A DNA stretch of 64,000 bases, from contig NC_058373.1 of the NCBI RefSeq assembly GCF_018350175.1, positions 116,128,001 to 116,192,000 on the forward strand, read 5' to 3'. Each line of letters starts with the position of its first letter. Position 1 is the stretch's first letter. The position numbers and the translations under genes are program-made. The notes below the pieces were generated by a model. It was not told the origin of the DNA, did not search any database, and saw only the letters and a program-made list of their open reading frames with translations. Positions 1 to 13,829 of the stretch are shown here, in pieces. This DNA is from Felis catus (lineage: Eukaryota).

Positions 1-1099
1 CCACCCTCGGCACCGGAAACGATGGCGAACTCGGACATTAGGAAGGGGGTGAGGGCCTGGAGATCACACGGAGGATGAAAAGCGACATCTGTACCAGGGA
101 GGCAGGAGGGACGTCCTTTGACAAGAGAAGCGGAAGCTTTACATTTTGAGATCCTGTAAGCAGGCCAGTTCAAGCGATACTGCGCTCGCTCATTTATTCA
201 CTCATTCATGTACCTGGGAAGCTAAAGACACAAAATCCGTTTGGAGGCAGAGCGGATGCTCCTGAAATCATCGCCAACATAAAGAGGCCAGGGGATGCAG
301 GCTGGCAGCCGGCTACAGGCCAGCAGTGCTTTGTTCTATTTTTCAACGGCCCGCGCTGGATGGAGCACGCACTCCCTTCATCATTCCCACCAAGCCCTAT
401 AGCTTCACACCAGCGGCTTCACAGACGTACTGACCCTGGAAGACATCTGAGCTTGCCACGCTAATATCCTCTACGTGCTCTCAGGTAGCGTGTGTTCAGC
501 ACGAGGCGACTACTTAGCAATGACCACAGTGATGGACTGTCGGGAGGAAGCGGCCAGGTTTGCGCTGAGCACAGGAAAATGGGTAAGGTTTGGACAGGCA
601 GAGACACGAGGCAAGGCCACCCCGGGAAGCAAGGTTATTCCCATGGCAAGGGTGTAATGAGGCCTCAGTGGCCCGGAAGCACAGAGTGTATTCCAGGGGA
701 AAGAGGAAACCAGCTTGGCTTAAGGGGAAAGGGCCTTTAGAGGAAGAGAGAGATAAAGGCAGCAAAGACCTCATGAGAAGTTTCGGGTGACATCCAAACC
801 AAAGAAGGCAGGTGTGGTTAGTCCCAACCAAATGCAGTCCACCACTCACCTCTGGTTTTCAGCTATGAAGCTAAATTGATCAGCTCTTAATGAAATGTGG
901 CTGCTATGGCTCTATGAGTAGGACAGCAATAGCATTCCTAATTCTATAAAACCAAAGCACTATAGGGCCACGTGAAGCAATTCAGCGAGACGCCCCAGCC
1001 GCCCAAAAGCAGTGTGCCAGCAACAGCATGGCGACTGGGAACACAAGCTGAGGGGTCAGGCCTGGGTGCTAAGTCTGCTCTTAGGCCTGGAGGTGAGAT

Positions 1100-1505
1100 C
1101 CTAGAGAAATGGATGACCCCTTGGAGCCTTAGTTTCCTCATCTGTAAAATAAAGACATTCATAGTCTACTCGGCAGGGTTGCTGTAAGAATTAAAACAGA
1201 ATCTACATGAAATGCTCAGACAGTGCCTGACCTAAAGAGAGCACTCATTTTATATATATAATATATATATATATATTTTTTTTTTTTTTGAGAGAGCAAG
1301 TGCATGCACTTGTGGGGGAGGGACACAGAGAGACAGAATCCCAAGCAGGCTCCACGCTGTCTGCGCAGAACCTGGCAAGGGGCTCAAACTCACAAAACCA
1401 TGAGATCATGACCTGAACCCAAATCAAGAGTCGGACACTTAACCAACTGAGCCACCCAGGTGCCCCAATCACATCAGTTATATTATTATTGTTACTGTTA
1501 TTACT
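1100..1505 (+). mobile_element. MIR SINE fragment interrupted by a Can-SINE
   Basis: Contains the MIR core 'gccttagtttcctcatctgtaaaat...gggttgctgtaagaattaaa...cagtgcctgac'. Confidence 0.65.
1247..1466 (-). mobile_element. Can-SINE (SINEC)
   Basis: Reverse complement has the GGGGCACCTGGGTGGCTCAG head, CT-rich body and A/TA tail. Confidence 0.9.
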
Positions 1506-2329
1506 AAGGCTTTGGTTTAGTTAATACAGCATGTCTAAGTAGCAGAAGATCGTACAACCTTTAAATACCTTGTGGTGGAAGAATATTTATTTACGTAACA
1601 AGTCACAACCCGCTGACAAGGAGGGCAGCATGAAAGCATGCTACACGGTTATTAGGATTTCCTGTGTATGATTCTGGGTAAAAAACACACATAAATGCAA
1701 AAACTGGAAAAACTGCTTTACCTCTATGTTTTTCTGTGTTTTCTAAGAGGAGAAAAGAAGTGATTTAATAATGAAAGTAATAACACAACCTTCACTTTGG
1801 GCAAGGCTTTTCAATGTCCAAAGCTTTTTCCTATGATCTCATTTTTACACTAATGTAAGCTTGAATGACCGCTATTAAACTGCTATTCTGCCAAATGCCT
1901 GTAAGCCAAAATCCAGAAATCCATCTCCTTACCCCCAAAAGGGCAATCTTTCCACTAAAAGACCATCTTTCACTGACACCTTTGCTAACCATCAAGTCGC
2001 TGGTTTCCCCCAGTGGATGGAGCGAGACACAAATCCAATTACATAGCCAAGGTTTCCTGCAAGTAGTTTAAGAAGGGATGTTTAAGTTAATGATGCAACA
2101 TGGTAAAATAGTATAAACCATTAGTTAAATCGGGGGTCTGAGCCACACGTCCCAAGGCCTGGCTAACCTTGTTTGGCTATATGATGCTTAATATCTGAAG
2201 TAATAGTTCTTCCCAATGCATGTCCCACATTAAGATGCCATGGTAAGACCGCCAGCTGCTTCCACCACCGGCCTCCCCTGGCAGCAGACCCTGATTACTA
2301 GCTGGGCTCGCTGCCACCCAGATTAAAAC

Positions 2330-2730
2330 CCTGCCTCTCCCAGCCTCCTCTGCGCCAGCCATGGCTATATGATTACATTCTGGCCAATTAATGCAAGCAG
2401 ATGTGTCTTGCTGGACTTCTGGGAGGTTCATGGGAGCCAACTCAGTGTCAGGAGCACCTTTTTCCGGGCTTCTGCTTTTTGTCCCCCTTCAGGCCGGTTA
2501 CTTGGACCAAATAACTGGCATTTCAGCAGCCATCTTAGACCATAAGCCCAGCCTAAGGATGCAACCCATGTACTGGGCTGCCGTGAAAAATAGGAGCCTG
2601 GGTCCCTGATGACACTGTGGTGTTCTTAACCCTGCAGACCTCTTTTCAAAGACAAATGAATGTATACTTTGTTTTAGCCACTGATATTTTGGTTTTTAGG
2701 TGATGCGCAGCCAACCCTAAACTTATTGAG
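2330..2730 (+). mobile_element. Old ERVL/MaLR-type LTR remnant
   Basis: Motifs 'gcagccatctt', 'gagcctgggtccctgatgac' and 'agccactg...ttttgg' are typical of MLT1/LTR16-like elements. Boundaries are approximate. Confidence 0.45.
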
Positions 2731-3926
2731 GATTATGCACCAATATAGGATGCTATACATGTTCCATTGCCAGTTAACGGCACGTGACTTTTAAAAGTAG
2801 GTGACTAGGATAATAAAGCATTTTAATAAATCACCTTTTTACTGAATCTTTTGTAACGTATGTTTGTCACCAACTACTTTCTTTTTTCCACAAAGACAGC
2901 CCCAATAGATACATTCTCTTTTCTCTAGTGGTTCTAAGTCAACTAACACGTAGGATTCATAGCATTCTGCCCTCACATGACAGCGACCAAAATCCAACTG
3001 TCTGGAACCAAGAAAAAAACAGGCCAGTGTACCCAGGTCTGCAAAAACACTAAGTTCTGACTCTCCAACTGGCGGGTAAAAACTAGCACAACGTTATTTT
3101 AAATGTTTAAAATGATTTTCAAGTCACGCCCACAGAGCAATGGAGTAAAAACAACAACGTCATCAAGGCTCATATTGGATTTATACAGTCCCAGCAAACA
3201 GCCACCACAGACAAATTTCAAGAAGCTACCCCAGCTCCCATGAGAGATATACAGCAGACATCAATATCAGCACCAACCACACAGCCCAATGGACTATGCA
3301 CGTTTCTGGGCATCTGTTACCGTGAGGAGGTCAAGGGTCATATTGCCCCATGTAAGTCCAACTCTCATCACGACATAGTACACCTGAGGGCTCCACCTTG
3401 GCAATCCTAAAGCCCCCTAAAGACAAAGAAAGACCAGGGTTTTGTCTCTCAGATGACAGAATGGCATTGAGGTCTCTTGCCATCTCCTGCAGCAAGTAAA
3501 CTTTTCCTTCACAAGAACCTAGACTTCCATACATAATCTCACAAAAGGTAAATCCTTGTGTTTAGCTTAAATTACACCCAAGTTTGAAACGTCTTGGAGG
3601 AAATGATTGACTTTTACAGTTCCATCATCCTAGCCCAAGTTTTTAAGATTAGAGCACTTTGCCTACTTCTCCTAGCATGGTAAGAAAAAATAAAGTTCAC
3701 TTTCTACATTACATTTTCTACCAACTCATCTGCTTATTCTTACCCCATCATCCAAAGCAAAGTCTAGGCAGAAATGTGAAAAGGGTCACCAAAAGTTTTA
3801 GCTTATTTAAACATTTACAGAATTTGAGAGGAGGGATGAGAATAATCGTATTTTATTTTATGGAACTTAAATCCCTTACATGCATTATATCTAATGTTCC
3901 ATGCTTTTGCAAGGATGAATTTTTCT

Positions 3927-4157
3927 TTTCTTTTTTTTTTTTTAATTTTTTTTAAACGTTTATTTATTTTTGAGACAAAGAGAAACAGAGCATGAACAGG
4001 GGAGGGGCAGAGAGAGATGGAGACACAGAACCGGAAGCAGGCTCCAGGCTCTGAGCCATCAGCCCAGAACCTGACGCGGGGCTCGAACTCACGGACCACA
4101 AGATCGTGACCTGAGCTGAAGTCGGACGCTTAACCGACTGAGCCACCCAGGCGCCCC
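3927..4157 (-). mobile_element. Can-SINE (feline type), full length
   Basis: Perfect 15-bp TSD AGGATGAATTTTTCT at 3912-3926 and 4158-4172. Confidence 0.95.
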
Positions 4158-4207
4158 AGGATGAATTTTTCTATTGTTAGGGGTGAAGAAGGCTCAGGTA
4201 GAAGAGA

Positions 4208-4253
4208 TAAGGGTAAGAAAGGCTATCTTAAAGTAAATTAGAAAATATATATT

Positions 4254-4288
<35 letters not shown>

Positions 4289-4364
4289 TTACTTTAAGGG
4301 TAAGAAAGTCTATTTTAAAGTAAATTGGAAAATATATTTGTGTGTGTGTGTATTTACTTTAAAA
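4208..4364. repeat. Two-copy tandem duplication, each unit holding a (GT)n microsatellite
   Basis: Units start TAAGGGTAAGAAAG at 4208 and 4295 and both end GTATTTACTTT. Confidence 0.85.
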
Positions 4365-4542
4365 ATATTTAGAAGGATATGTCAAATGTAATACGTATGC
4401 TTCCTGAAGGAAAACATTATGGGTTACCTTTCTCTCTCTCTCTTTCCTTTTTATCTACACTTACTAACTTTTGTACAACAAAAACATGCACTACTTATAT
4501 AATTTTACTTATTATTTTAAAAAATTTAAGAAGTATTTTTTT

Positions 4543-4764
4543 TCAACTTTTTTTTTTTTTTTTTTTTAATTTTATTTTTGGGACAGAGAGAGACAGAGCA
4601 TGAAAGGGGGAGGGGCAGAGAGAGAGGGAGACACAGAATCGGAAACAGGCTCCAGGTTCCGAGCCATCAGCCCAGAGCCTGACGCGGGGCTCGAACTCAC
4701 AGACCGCGAGATCGTGACCTGGCTGAAGTCGGACGCTTAACCGACTGCGCCACCCAGGCACCCC
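4543..4764 (-). mobile_element. Young Can-SINE (SINEC_Fc-like)
   Basis: Full head/body/tail, near identical to the copies at 6352, 22293 and 27631. Flanked by AAGTATTTTTT repeats. Confidence 0.95.
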
Positions 4765-5654
4765 TAAAAAGTATTTTTTAAAGTAAACAGATTCACAGTA
4801 GTATTAACAGAAAAATAAACCACATCTGGAACGGCTCGGAACAAAGTCTGAAGGATTTCTGGGCTCAATGCTGAAGAAGACAGAGAGCGAAGTTCCGGGG
4901 ACCCACACCACTCTCCAAAACCCTAACTCCCTCCTCTCTGGACAGGATGCTCAAAGTGATTTATATACCATTTAACAAATTTTATCCTCTATACCACACA
5001 GTTCAGGCAAGAGAGAGCACGAATCACCACACAAAAGCAGCATAGTCCCAGCACCTGCCGATTCTGCCAAGGAGACTGGTTTCTACCAACTTACCATGTA
5101 ATTATGTCTAACACTTGCTTTACAATCCGGTTTATGGATTCTGGATGTTTAATAAACAGTTACTACTCAGTTCCCTGCTATTAAACACTAGGTAGTTACA
5201 ACAATTAATTAATAATACCCGTAGGCTATCAGGAGTCCATAATACTACCAGCTGGTCATGCTCTCCCGGTTGACATTATCATCTGGATCGGCCTCGCAGC
5301 TCAAAGAACATGCTTCTTTTTCCTTATGGCCCCTTCCCTAGTGGGTACCTCAAATTGGGGTGCTCAGGCAGAATGCATGCAGGCAATATATATTTGCATT
5401 ATCTGCTGTTCCTCCAAAGGGGAAAACCCCTTTTGTAATTACAGGCACACTTCCCTCAAGTGGAAAAATAAATCTATGTACATATGTGGATTTTTGCACA
5501 GCATGTCAGAATTATACACTGCCAACCTTGCCTGCTAGTATGAGCTCAAAATTATCCCAAACCCCTGAGCTGCCTCATTCTTCTTTTCCTACACCAATTT
5601 TTTCCTGGCACTCATTGTACCCCTACGTCTCAACTCAAGGATGGGATGGTTTTA

Positions 5655-6335
<681 letters not shown>

Positions 6336-6351
6336 CTATTGCATTATTCTT

Positions 6352-6577
6352 TTTTTTTTTTTAATTTTTTTTTTCAACGTTTATTTATTTTTGGGACAGA
6401 GAGAGACAGAGCAGGAACGGGGGAGGGGCAGAGAGAGAGGGAGACACAGAATCGGAAACAGGCTCCAGGCTCTGAGCCATCAGCCCAGAGCCCGACGCGG
6501 GGCTCGAACTCCCGGACCGCGAGATCGTGACCTGGCTGAAGTCGGACGCTTAACCGACTGTGCCACCCAGGCGCCCC
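6352..6577 (-). mobile_element. Young Can-SINE (SINEC_Fc-like), 170 nt upstream of the exon 2 acceptor
   Basis: Perfect 18-bp TSD ACCTATTGCATTATTCTT at 6334-6351 and 6578-6595. Confidence 0.96.
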
Positions 6578-6932
6578 ACCTATTGCATTATTCTTAATGA
6601 CTAGCACATAGCAGGCATTCAACAAATATTCATGTAATAATTTCTATTTGGGACATCATACAGAATGTCATACCAAGACAAACCATTTTAACTAAAGGGA
6701 ACACAGAAGGAGATCGTTTTACTGTGTACTAGATGAGGAGAAGCGTACAACCCAGTGACAAGGCAGACACACAACAACCAAACCACGGTGTGAAAAGAAC
6801 CTTTAGAGCAGTATAATCAGATCAGGAAAAACACCAACTCCCACTGCGGGACAAGGATTAAGAGGGTGAGTGGGAAAGGATTCTCAGGGAAAGCAACATT
6901 GGGAATGCACCCTAAAGAATGAGTCTGCTAGA

Positions 6933-7045
6933 GGGGAGCACCTGGCTGGCTCGGTCAGTAGAACATGCAACTCTTGACCTCGGGGTTATGAGTTTGAGCC
7001 CCATACTGGGTGTAGAGATTACTTAAAAATAAAATCTTAAAAAAT
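6933..7045 (+). mobile_element. Short old Can-SINE (tRNA-Lys-like head + A tail), within probable L2 remnants
   Basis: gctggctcggtcagtagaacatgcaactcttgacctcggggttatgagtttgagcccc followed by an A-rich tail. Confidence 0.8.
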
Positions 7046-8574
7046 GAGTGGGAGGGATCCCATCAGGTAGTGAAGATCAGGGGTGGGAGAAGGACAATCC
7101 AAGCAAAGGGAAGGTCACAAGCAAGAACATGGGGCATGAGAGTATATGGCATATTTAGAACTGTAGGGAGTCCAGTGTGGCTGCATTAGATGCATTAGGA
7201 TACAAAATGAGGCTCAAAGTGTTGTTGGGGTCACCTAGGCTGTGAAATGTTTTAAAAGTCATTCTGAGAGGCTTGAACTTCACACTGTGAATGATAGGAC
7301 TAGCGCATTTTTAAGTAGAGGAGTGCTTTTAGACTGGGACTTAGAAAGGACATCAACTCTGGCAGCCACGGGGACTATAACCTGGCGGATGGGGAGCCTA
7401 CTGCAAAAGGTACCACTAAGGAGGCCACTGAAGTAACCCAGGCATGCAAACACCAAGGTCTGAATAGCAGCAACAGTGAAGACAGAGAGTGTGCAGTAAA
7501 CTGGGAGGATATTTTCAAAACGCAGTTCTACCAGAACCTGGTGACTAGGATATGTGGGAAAGGAGCCTCCCAGGAGACATCTTACTCCAGAAGTCACCTG
7601 CTCCACAGCTCTATCCTGATTCTCCCAGTACCACACCCAACCACTCATCTTCTTTCCAATGCAGAGTTTGAATCTAGGGTACCTGATTATATCTTCCGCT
7701 CTGTTTGGAAAGGCTTCCATGGATAGATAATAATAGCTATCAGTGATTATAAATCTTGAGCTAGATAAGGTGTTGCTATGTGAGTAAAGTGCTATTTTAT
7801 GTTTCTCTCATGAAAACCCTGTGCTGTGTCTTCTCAGTTTGTCTTTACCTGGCTGACTCATGTTCAACCCTCAGGTCTCAGCTTAAACAAAATCTCCTAA
7901 GGGAACTTTTCCTAACCCTTGCCTCAATGAGGTCAGGCCCCCATCAAACATATCCATAACAGTCTCTGTTTGGCAAGACTCAGCAAGGTTTAATTACTTG
8001 TTCAGTGCCTGCTGTCCTGCTAGATTGTGAGATTCACAAGGGCAGATTCTGTCTGCTTTACTCACCACTGTACTCATCCTGCTGAACACTCAGCAGGTAA
8101 GTGATAGTCAAGTAAAATGGGGGCAAAATCTAACTCAGTAGGGACTAAACCAAACTCAGACAGACCTGAAAAGTTGAAAAAAAAAATGCATTGGACCTCC
8201 TGAAACAGATAGAGAAAATAAGGTTGCTAAAAAACAAAACAAAACAAAACAAAACGAAGAAAACAAAGATACATTTCTGAACTTTTGGCAAGATCAGAAG
8301 AGGAAATGCCCACTGCTGTTCTCTGCCTTCCTCAGCCAGCTCCAGGATGCCTCCATCTTCCACTCAGATGCTGGCAGTCCTCAAACCTCTATTCTCCCTG
8401 AATTAGAGTATTCCTAGCCTATCTAGGGCTAACATTCATTTGTAGTTTACAATGCAACTCGCAGTCTGCACAAAGGAATACAAAAAGTTACACAGAAGGT
8501 ATAGCCCATCTTGACCCAAAAGTTTCAGCTGTTCAAGCTTTTCATCTCAATCTGGCACTCTCCTTGAAGAATCA

Positions 8575-9135
8575 GTGGTGTGGCTGGTCCTGCAGACAAA
8601 CAATCAACATCTGCTCTACAATTCTCTACATGATCTTTCAGAGGCCCGAAAGTTAAGAACTACATTTCCCAGACTCCCTTACCGCTACTGTTCTGCTTCT
8701 GCCAATTAGATGCACAAGATAGGGAAGGCAGAAGTGAGATGGACACCATATTCTTGCTTTTCTCCTGGCAAGCATGGCTGTGGAGAAGTAGGATTTTCCT
8801 GCATGTCAGTCATTAGCTCTGGGCAGATGGAGAAAGGAATGTTGTAAGGTCAAGTGGTTGCCTAATCTCTGGACAGTAACTACAAGAGGGTGTTCCTAAG
8901 ATTGACAGCTTCAATGTCACCCCCTGATTCTGTATGTTTCTAATTAGAGAAGTGGTGGCCTGCCGGGTGGGCCAGGTCTGCAATGTTCTGAGAGTTGTTC
9001 CCACAGATCCAGCTAAGAGCCCCTTCTCCCTGCCCTTCCAACACTTCTGTAAGCACTCATTTTCCTGTGCTAACTCACTTTCTGCTTAAAATAGCTTAAA
9101 TGTTTCTGGGTCCTAAAATGAATCCTGATTACTAA
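8575..9135 (+). mobile_element. Old ERVL-type LTR (LTR33-like)
   Basis: Recognised from 'aactacatttcccagactccctt...gccaattagatgcac' and the 3' 'ctttctgcttaaaatagct'. The family assignment is from memory. Confidence 0.5.
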
Positions 9136-9210
9136 TTCTTGTCTTACCTCATTTATATGAATGAGAAAAACATGGGTATATTAAGGGGCTGTTAGAAACT
9201 CTCTTGGAAA

Positions 9211-9453
9211 GGAGCGCCTGGGTGGCTCTGTGGGTTGAGTGTCCAACTCTTGATTTCGGCTCAGGTCACGATCTTAGGGTCATGGGATTGAGCTCTGCAC
9301 AGAGCTCTATGCTGAGCGTGGAGCCTGCTTAAGATTCTTTCCCCACCCCACCCCCATGCACCTCTCCCTGACTTGTGTTCTCACTCATACACACACTCTC
9401 TTTCTCTCTCCATCTCAAATAAAAGAAAAAAAGAAAAAAGAAAAAAGAAAAAG
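9211..9453 (+). mobile_element. Can-SINE (older subfamily)
   Basis: Head ggagcgcctgggtggctc and A-rich tail. TSD GAAAC(T/C)CTCTTGGA. Confidence 0.9.
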
Positions 9454-9526
9454 GAAACCCTCTTGGAGAAATATGTAAGTTATGTCAGGACTCTCCTTGG
9501 TCATGGAGGGAAGGAACATTCACTTT

Positions 9527-9646
9527 TCTTTTCTTTTTTTTTTTTCTAAAGATTTTATTTTTAAGTAATCTCTACGCCCAATGTGGGGCTTGAATTCATG
9601 ACCCTGAGATCGAGTCACAGGCTCTAATGAGCCAGCCAGGTGCCTC
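9527..9646 (-). mobile_element. Short old Can-SINE
   Basis: T-rich tail + aagtaatctctacgcccaatgtggggcttgaa...gagccagccaggtgcc. Flanking AACA(T/C)TCACTTTT repeats. Confidence 0.8.
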
Positions 9647-11473
9647 AAACACTCACTTTTTCTAACAGCTTCTACACTGATGAAAAAAAGATATGTCTCT
9701 GTAACAAGTTGGCATTTACACATCTTATTTCCTCAACTGAATATCTGAATTTTCCTTAAGGGAATAAACTGTTCAGTATTTTGTTTTATACCCTCCCTTC
9801 TTTCCTCTGTTCTGAGGCACAGTTGTAAACACACAGGACGTGTTAAGTACTTATTTAAACGTACAAGGATTTAAAAGAAGGGATTCTGAATCAGGGTGCT
9901 GAAAGGACAGCTCCTCAAATGGCATTTCACAGAAGACGGAAAACCTCTGTGGGGAAGGGAAAGTGATAATCTCTCTCTGGTAGAACATAAACTCTCAGGT
10001 TCTTGCTAACTAGCTAAGGAAATAGTATGACCAGCCTTCAAGAAAAGTATACAGCACAGCTTGCAAGCAGATAGAAGACAGAACAGTGAGGACTGGGGGG
10101 AGGGTACTTTCTTTTCTCCTCCCTGTGAAGATTCCTTTGGGTAGGAACTAGACCTTCACTGCAGCTGAGAGAATGTGGGGCTCTCCTTTCCCCCTCCAGT
10201 CAAGACCTGGTTTTAAGTAAAAATCAGGTCAAGTCACATTCAGTACATTTTTCAGTTTCTGTGGATGGATATTTTCAGGAATATCAAGAACAAAACCTTA
10301 TTTCTTTCGTTTTTGCAGTCAAGATGTTATTCTCTCTCAATTGTATTCTTGGAAACTAAATGTATAGGCACATTCTGGTGGGTTTGGGCGAGTGAATGGT
10401 ACACACGTGACTCATTTAAAAATCCCAAGTATGCCTGAAAATACATTCTTATGTTTCTAGTAGATGTAAGAAAAAAATGTAAATTAGCAATAACCTTAAT
10501 TTCTACCCTGCTTGAAAACAGACACAATCCTCCTGTAAAGAAACTGTTGTTTGTTTTTTTTTTTTAAATAACATAGGGCTATTTATCTCTCATGATGATA
10601 AATTTGGAACTGTACACTTTTCCTCTTTCGCTAAAAAAAAAAAAAAAGATGAATGAGTTCCTAGGTTATTTGTATTTGTCAGCTCCATGGAAAGCTAAAC
10701 TTTCATATCTACATTGGTGGGGATAACTGCACTATGTAAATATTAGATGATTTCTAGTATCACTATTTTTTTAAAATTTGTCAGAAGGTTTGGTAATTTC
10801 CCCTCTTTTGAATGAAGTTTGAAACAAAATTTTCAGTTTTAAAAGCAATATTTGAAACTAAAACTGAACATTATTACTTGACTGAGTGTCCGCTGTTCTT
10901 AATCTAATGTCACAATTCATGCCTCAAAGGAGAAATTCAAAAGGGTAACTGGGGAAAAGCTGTCAGTGGCTCAATTTTATTCCAAAGTCTTTGGAGACCA
11001 CGTTGCCAATCACCTTTATTTTCTGAGTGACACTAACTGAACTGGTGGACACAGGAGACCCATCAGAGCACCTGTTAGCAACTTCCCATGTTCATCTTTA
11101 CCAAAGCACTGCACTGAAATGATGTATTTACATCACCAATCTCCCTCAGGCATGACTTACAAGCACCTCCTTATCTTATTATTTCTTTATCTCTTGGTAT
11201 TTAACAACACAGTATCCATCTTTCACAAGGCACTCTAATTGGTTTTTGGATGAAATTAAACTTTCTGAATTATCAAGAATTAATCCCATTCAAGTTCAGA
11301 ACTCGTGGTGAGACTAAATAAAATAAGTTACCAGGACCTTCAAAAATCATGTTCTTCAAGTCAGTTCTTTTAAGAAGCACAAAGTACTCCCTACTTTCTC
11401 ATCATCTGAATTCTACATACAGGAATCTAGTCTACCCAAGGTAACTTTTGTTACATTAAAGATTAAGTCCTGG

Positions 11474-11595
11474 CTCTGTGCTGTCAGTTCAGAGCCTGGA
11501 GCTTGCTTAGGATTCTGTCTCCCTCTCTCTCTCCCTCCCCCACTCACGCTCTGTCTCTATCAAAAAATGAAGAAAGGATAAAAAAAATTTTTTTT
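11474..11595 (+). mobile_element. 5'-truncated Can-SINE
   Basis: Only the 3' half is present. Perfect 15-bp TSD AAGATTAAGTCCTGG at 11459-11473 and 11596-11610. Confidence 0.9.
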
Positions 11596-13429
11596 AAGAT
11601 TAAGTCCTGGGCACCTAATGGAGGAGCTGCTAATGTAGCACACTGTGGACACATCTGGTGTTCTGCAGATGAGTTCTTCCAGCCCAAGTCATATTCACTC
11701 TTGACTGCTCGACAGCTGGAAGTACAGACATTAAAGAAACTGAGTCCCTTGCTCAGGAGCCTCACATAGCTCTCCCTACTCTGACATTAGCTGTAAAAAA
11801 AAAAATCACAAGAAGTCACCCACAAAGAAACTCACAATTTGACTTCTGTTTAAAACTACACTGTGTCTAATATGCCAGGCTATTCTCCCAACATGTGACC
11901 ATGTCCACCTTCAACACTATTTCAGACCCGTATGCTAGGACCCTTAGCCTACACCTTCCCAGTACTACAGGCAAAAAGATTGAACACTCAGAAACAATTT
12001 AAAGTCATTTGTCCCCTCCAGGCTTTATATAGATCAAATTGTAGAAACACGAAGTTTTAAATTGAATGAGAGGGAGATAAAAACAAAGGGAACTAAGGAT
12101 TTGAACATCAATTTGATAGTCAAAACACCAATAAAAAAGGAGAACAGAAAAATAAGGAAAGAGGTTGTGACTGTCATATTAAGTGATGGTATTTTATAAA
12201 CATCTTAAATAAAGTAACACAATTCTTCAGGTGAAAATAAGTTATAGGACCAGAAAGATAAATGGTTTGTTTGTTTCAGAAAGATAAATGTTACAAATGA
12301 AATTTAAAAATTCAATGCCTGAAGTTGGCCCTGGGAATGATTTTTTTAATTGACTAAAATGCAAAGTATACAAAATCTGGAATAAACAATAATAAATATG
12401 TATTAACAAAACCTGTATTAGCAAGAAAGAAATTATGAGAACCCTCAAATATAAAACAGTGTAAACTGCACAGAAGATATTTACATCTTTCTTCTAAAAC
12501 CACCTAGCAGAACTGATTAAGGGATTCTAATGGCAATTTAACTCCTTTAAAACAAAACAAAACAAAACAAAAAAGGGAATTTTATAGCAGGGTGTGGAAC
12601 AGGGGGCTCCTGGGAAACTGATGAAAACCAGGACACTGGAAGAAAGGCCCTGGGAGGGACCCGTGGGCATGGTCCGCTTGAGATTTGGCAAATACCAAAT
12701 ATAGGCAAGGATCTAGGATGAGAAGAAAGGAGAAATGTATTATGTGAACAGCCTGGGTGTCAAGAGACTGGGATTTAGCCACTCTCACGGGGGAAGATCT
12801 TTTTCCCTCTCTAATCATTTCTCACCCCATCACCTGCTTCTCCACACACTAGACCCTTCTCAGCGAGACTCCTAAAGGTACAACTTCTGAGATACATGAT
12901 TGCGATCCAAAAAATAGACAAGACGTTTCAAAGACACTTCCGACCCGAGTTCACACAGGCTTCCGGGACTTGAGAGCCGGCCCAGCCAGCCCTGCGGGAG
13001 ACACCCCCATCTGCTCCCTAGCAAATGCCTTGAAGGGGCGGGGACAGGCGGCAGAAGAGGTCAGGAAGGTCCCTGATTTGGGGACTAAGGTTAGGACAGA
13101 AACTACCAGCTGGCCTGAAATCCTTCCACAGTTGGGGGGAGCGGGGAGTGGGAAATGGGGAGATTCTCACGCTGGGGCTTCAGGAGGTGGAAAGCAGACG
13201 CTGCCGCTGAGGTGGTCAGATGAAGGTTAAGGAGCCCGAGCGCCTGAGGTTCCAGGCAAGGCCTGCGGCATCTCTACCTTACCCAGCGCACCCACCAAAG
13301 CCCCTACAGCGCGAGCGCGCGCGCACACACCCACCCGCGGGTCAATCATTCCCCACCCGTTACGAGACCACCCCTAGGCCTCCAGGCCCCCCCTCCCCGC
13401 CCGGCCCCGCGGCCCCGCCTTCGCCTTAC

Positions 13430-13829
13430 ACTGAATGGGCGGGTAGCAACTGGGGTCCTCGCCGCCGTGCTGGCAACGACTGGAGAAGGCGCTGCGCGGG
13501 GTCACGTAGTTGCTGGGGAAGATGCCCACCCGCTGGTTCAGCTGCCCGGTCCACCAGCCCTCGTCGCCGGACACCTGCGAGTCCTTGGACAGCACCTCCA
13601 CCACGTCGCCCAGCCGCAGGGTCAGCTCGTCCTCGCCTGCAGCCTCGTACTCGAACACCGCCGTCCAGTAGGGCAGCGGTGCTTCGGGACCCAGCTCCCC
13701 GGGGGCCGCCGCCGCCTCCTCCTCCTCTTCCTCCTCCTCCTCGGCCGCGGCCCCCGCTCCATCCTCCCCCGGCGGGGCGGCAGCGGCGGCGCTCGCCAGG
13801 CAGCCGAGAAGCGCTCTGGAGGGCTCCAT
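13430..13829 (-). CDS. MAP3K9: MAP3K9/MLK1 coding exon 1 (133 codons + 1 nt): Ala/Glu-rich N-terminus and SH3 domain
   Basis: Translation [24 protein letters not shown]...EEEEEEEEE...[55 protein letters not shown] (SH3 motifs) is recognisable as the MLK1 N-terminus. It ends CAG T|gtaagg (donor 13429-13424, minus strand), phase 1. Confidence 0.97.

Noticed and set aside
6933..7015. tRNA-Lys-like sequences (also ~9560, 30360, 55720, 62660)
   Set aside because: Degenerate stems with SINE head and A-tail/TSDs, so these are tRNA-derived Can-SINEs rather than tRNA genes.
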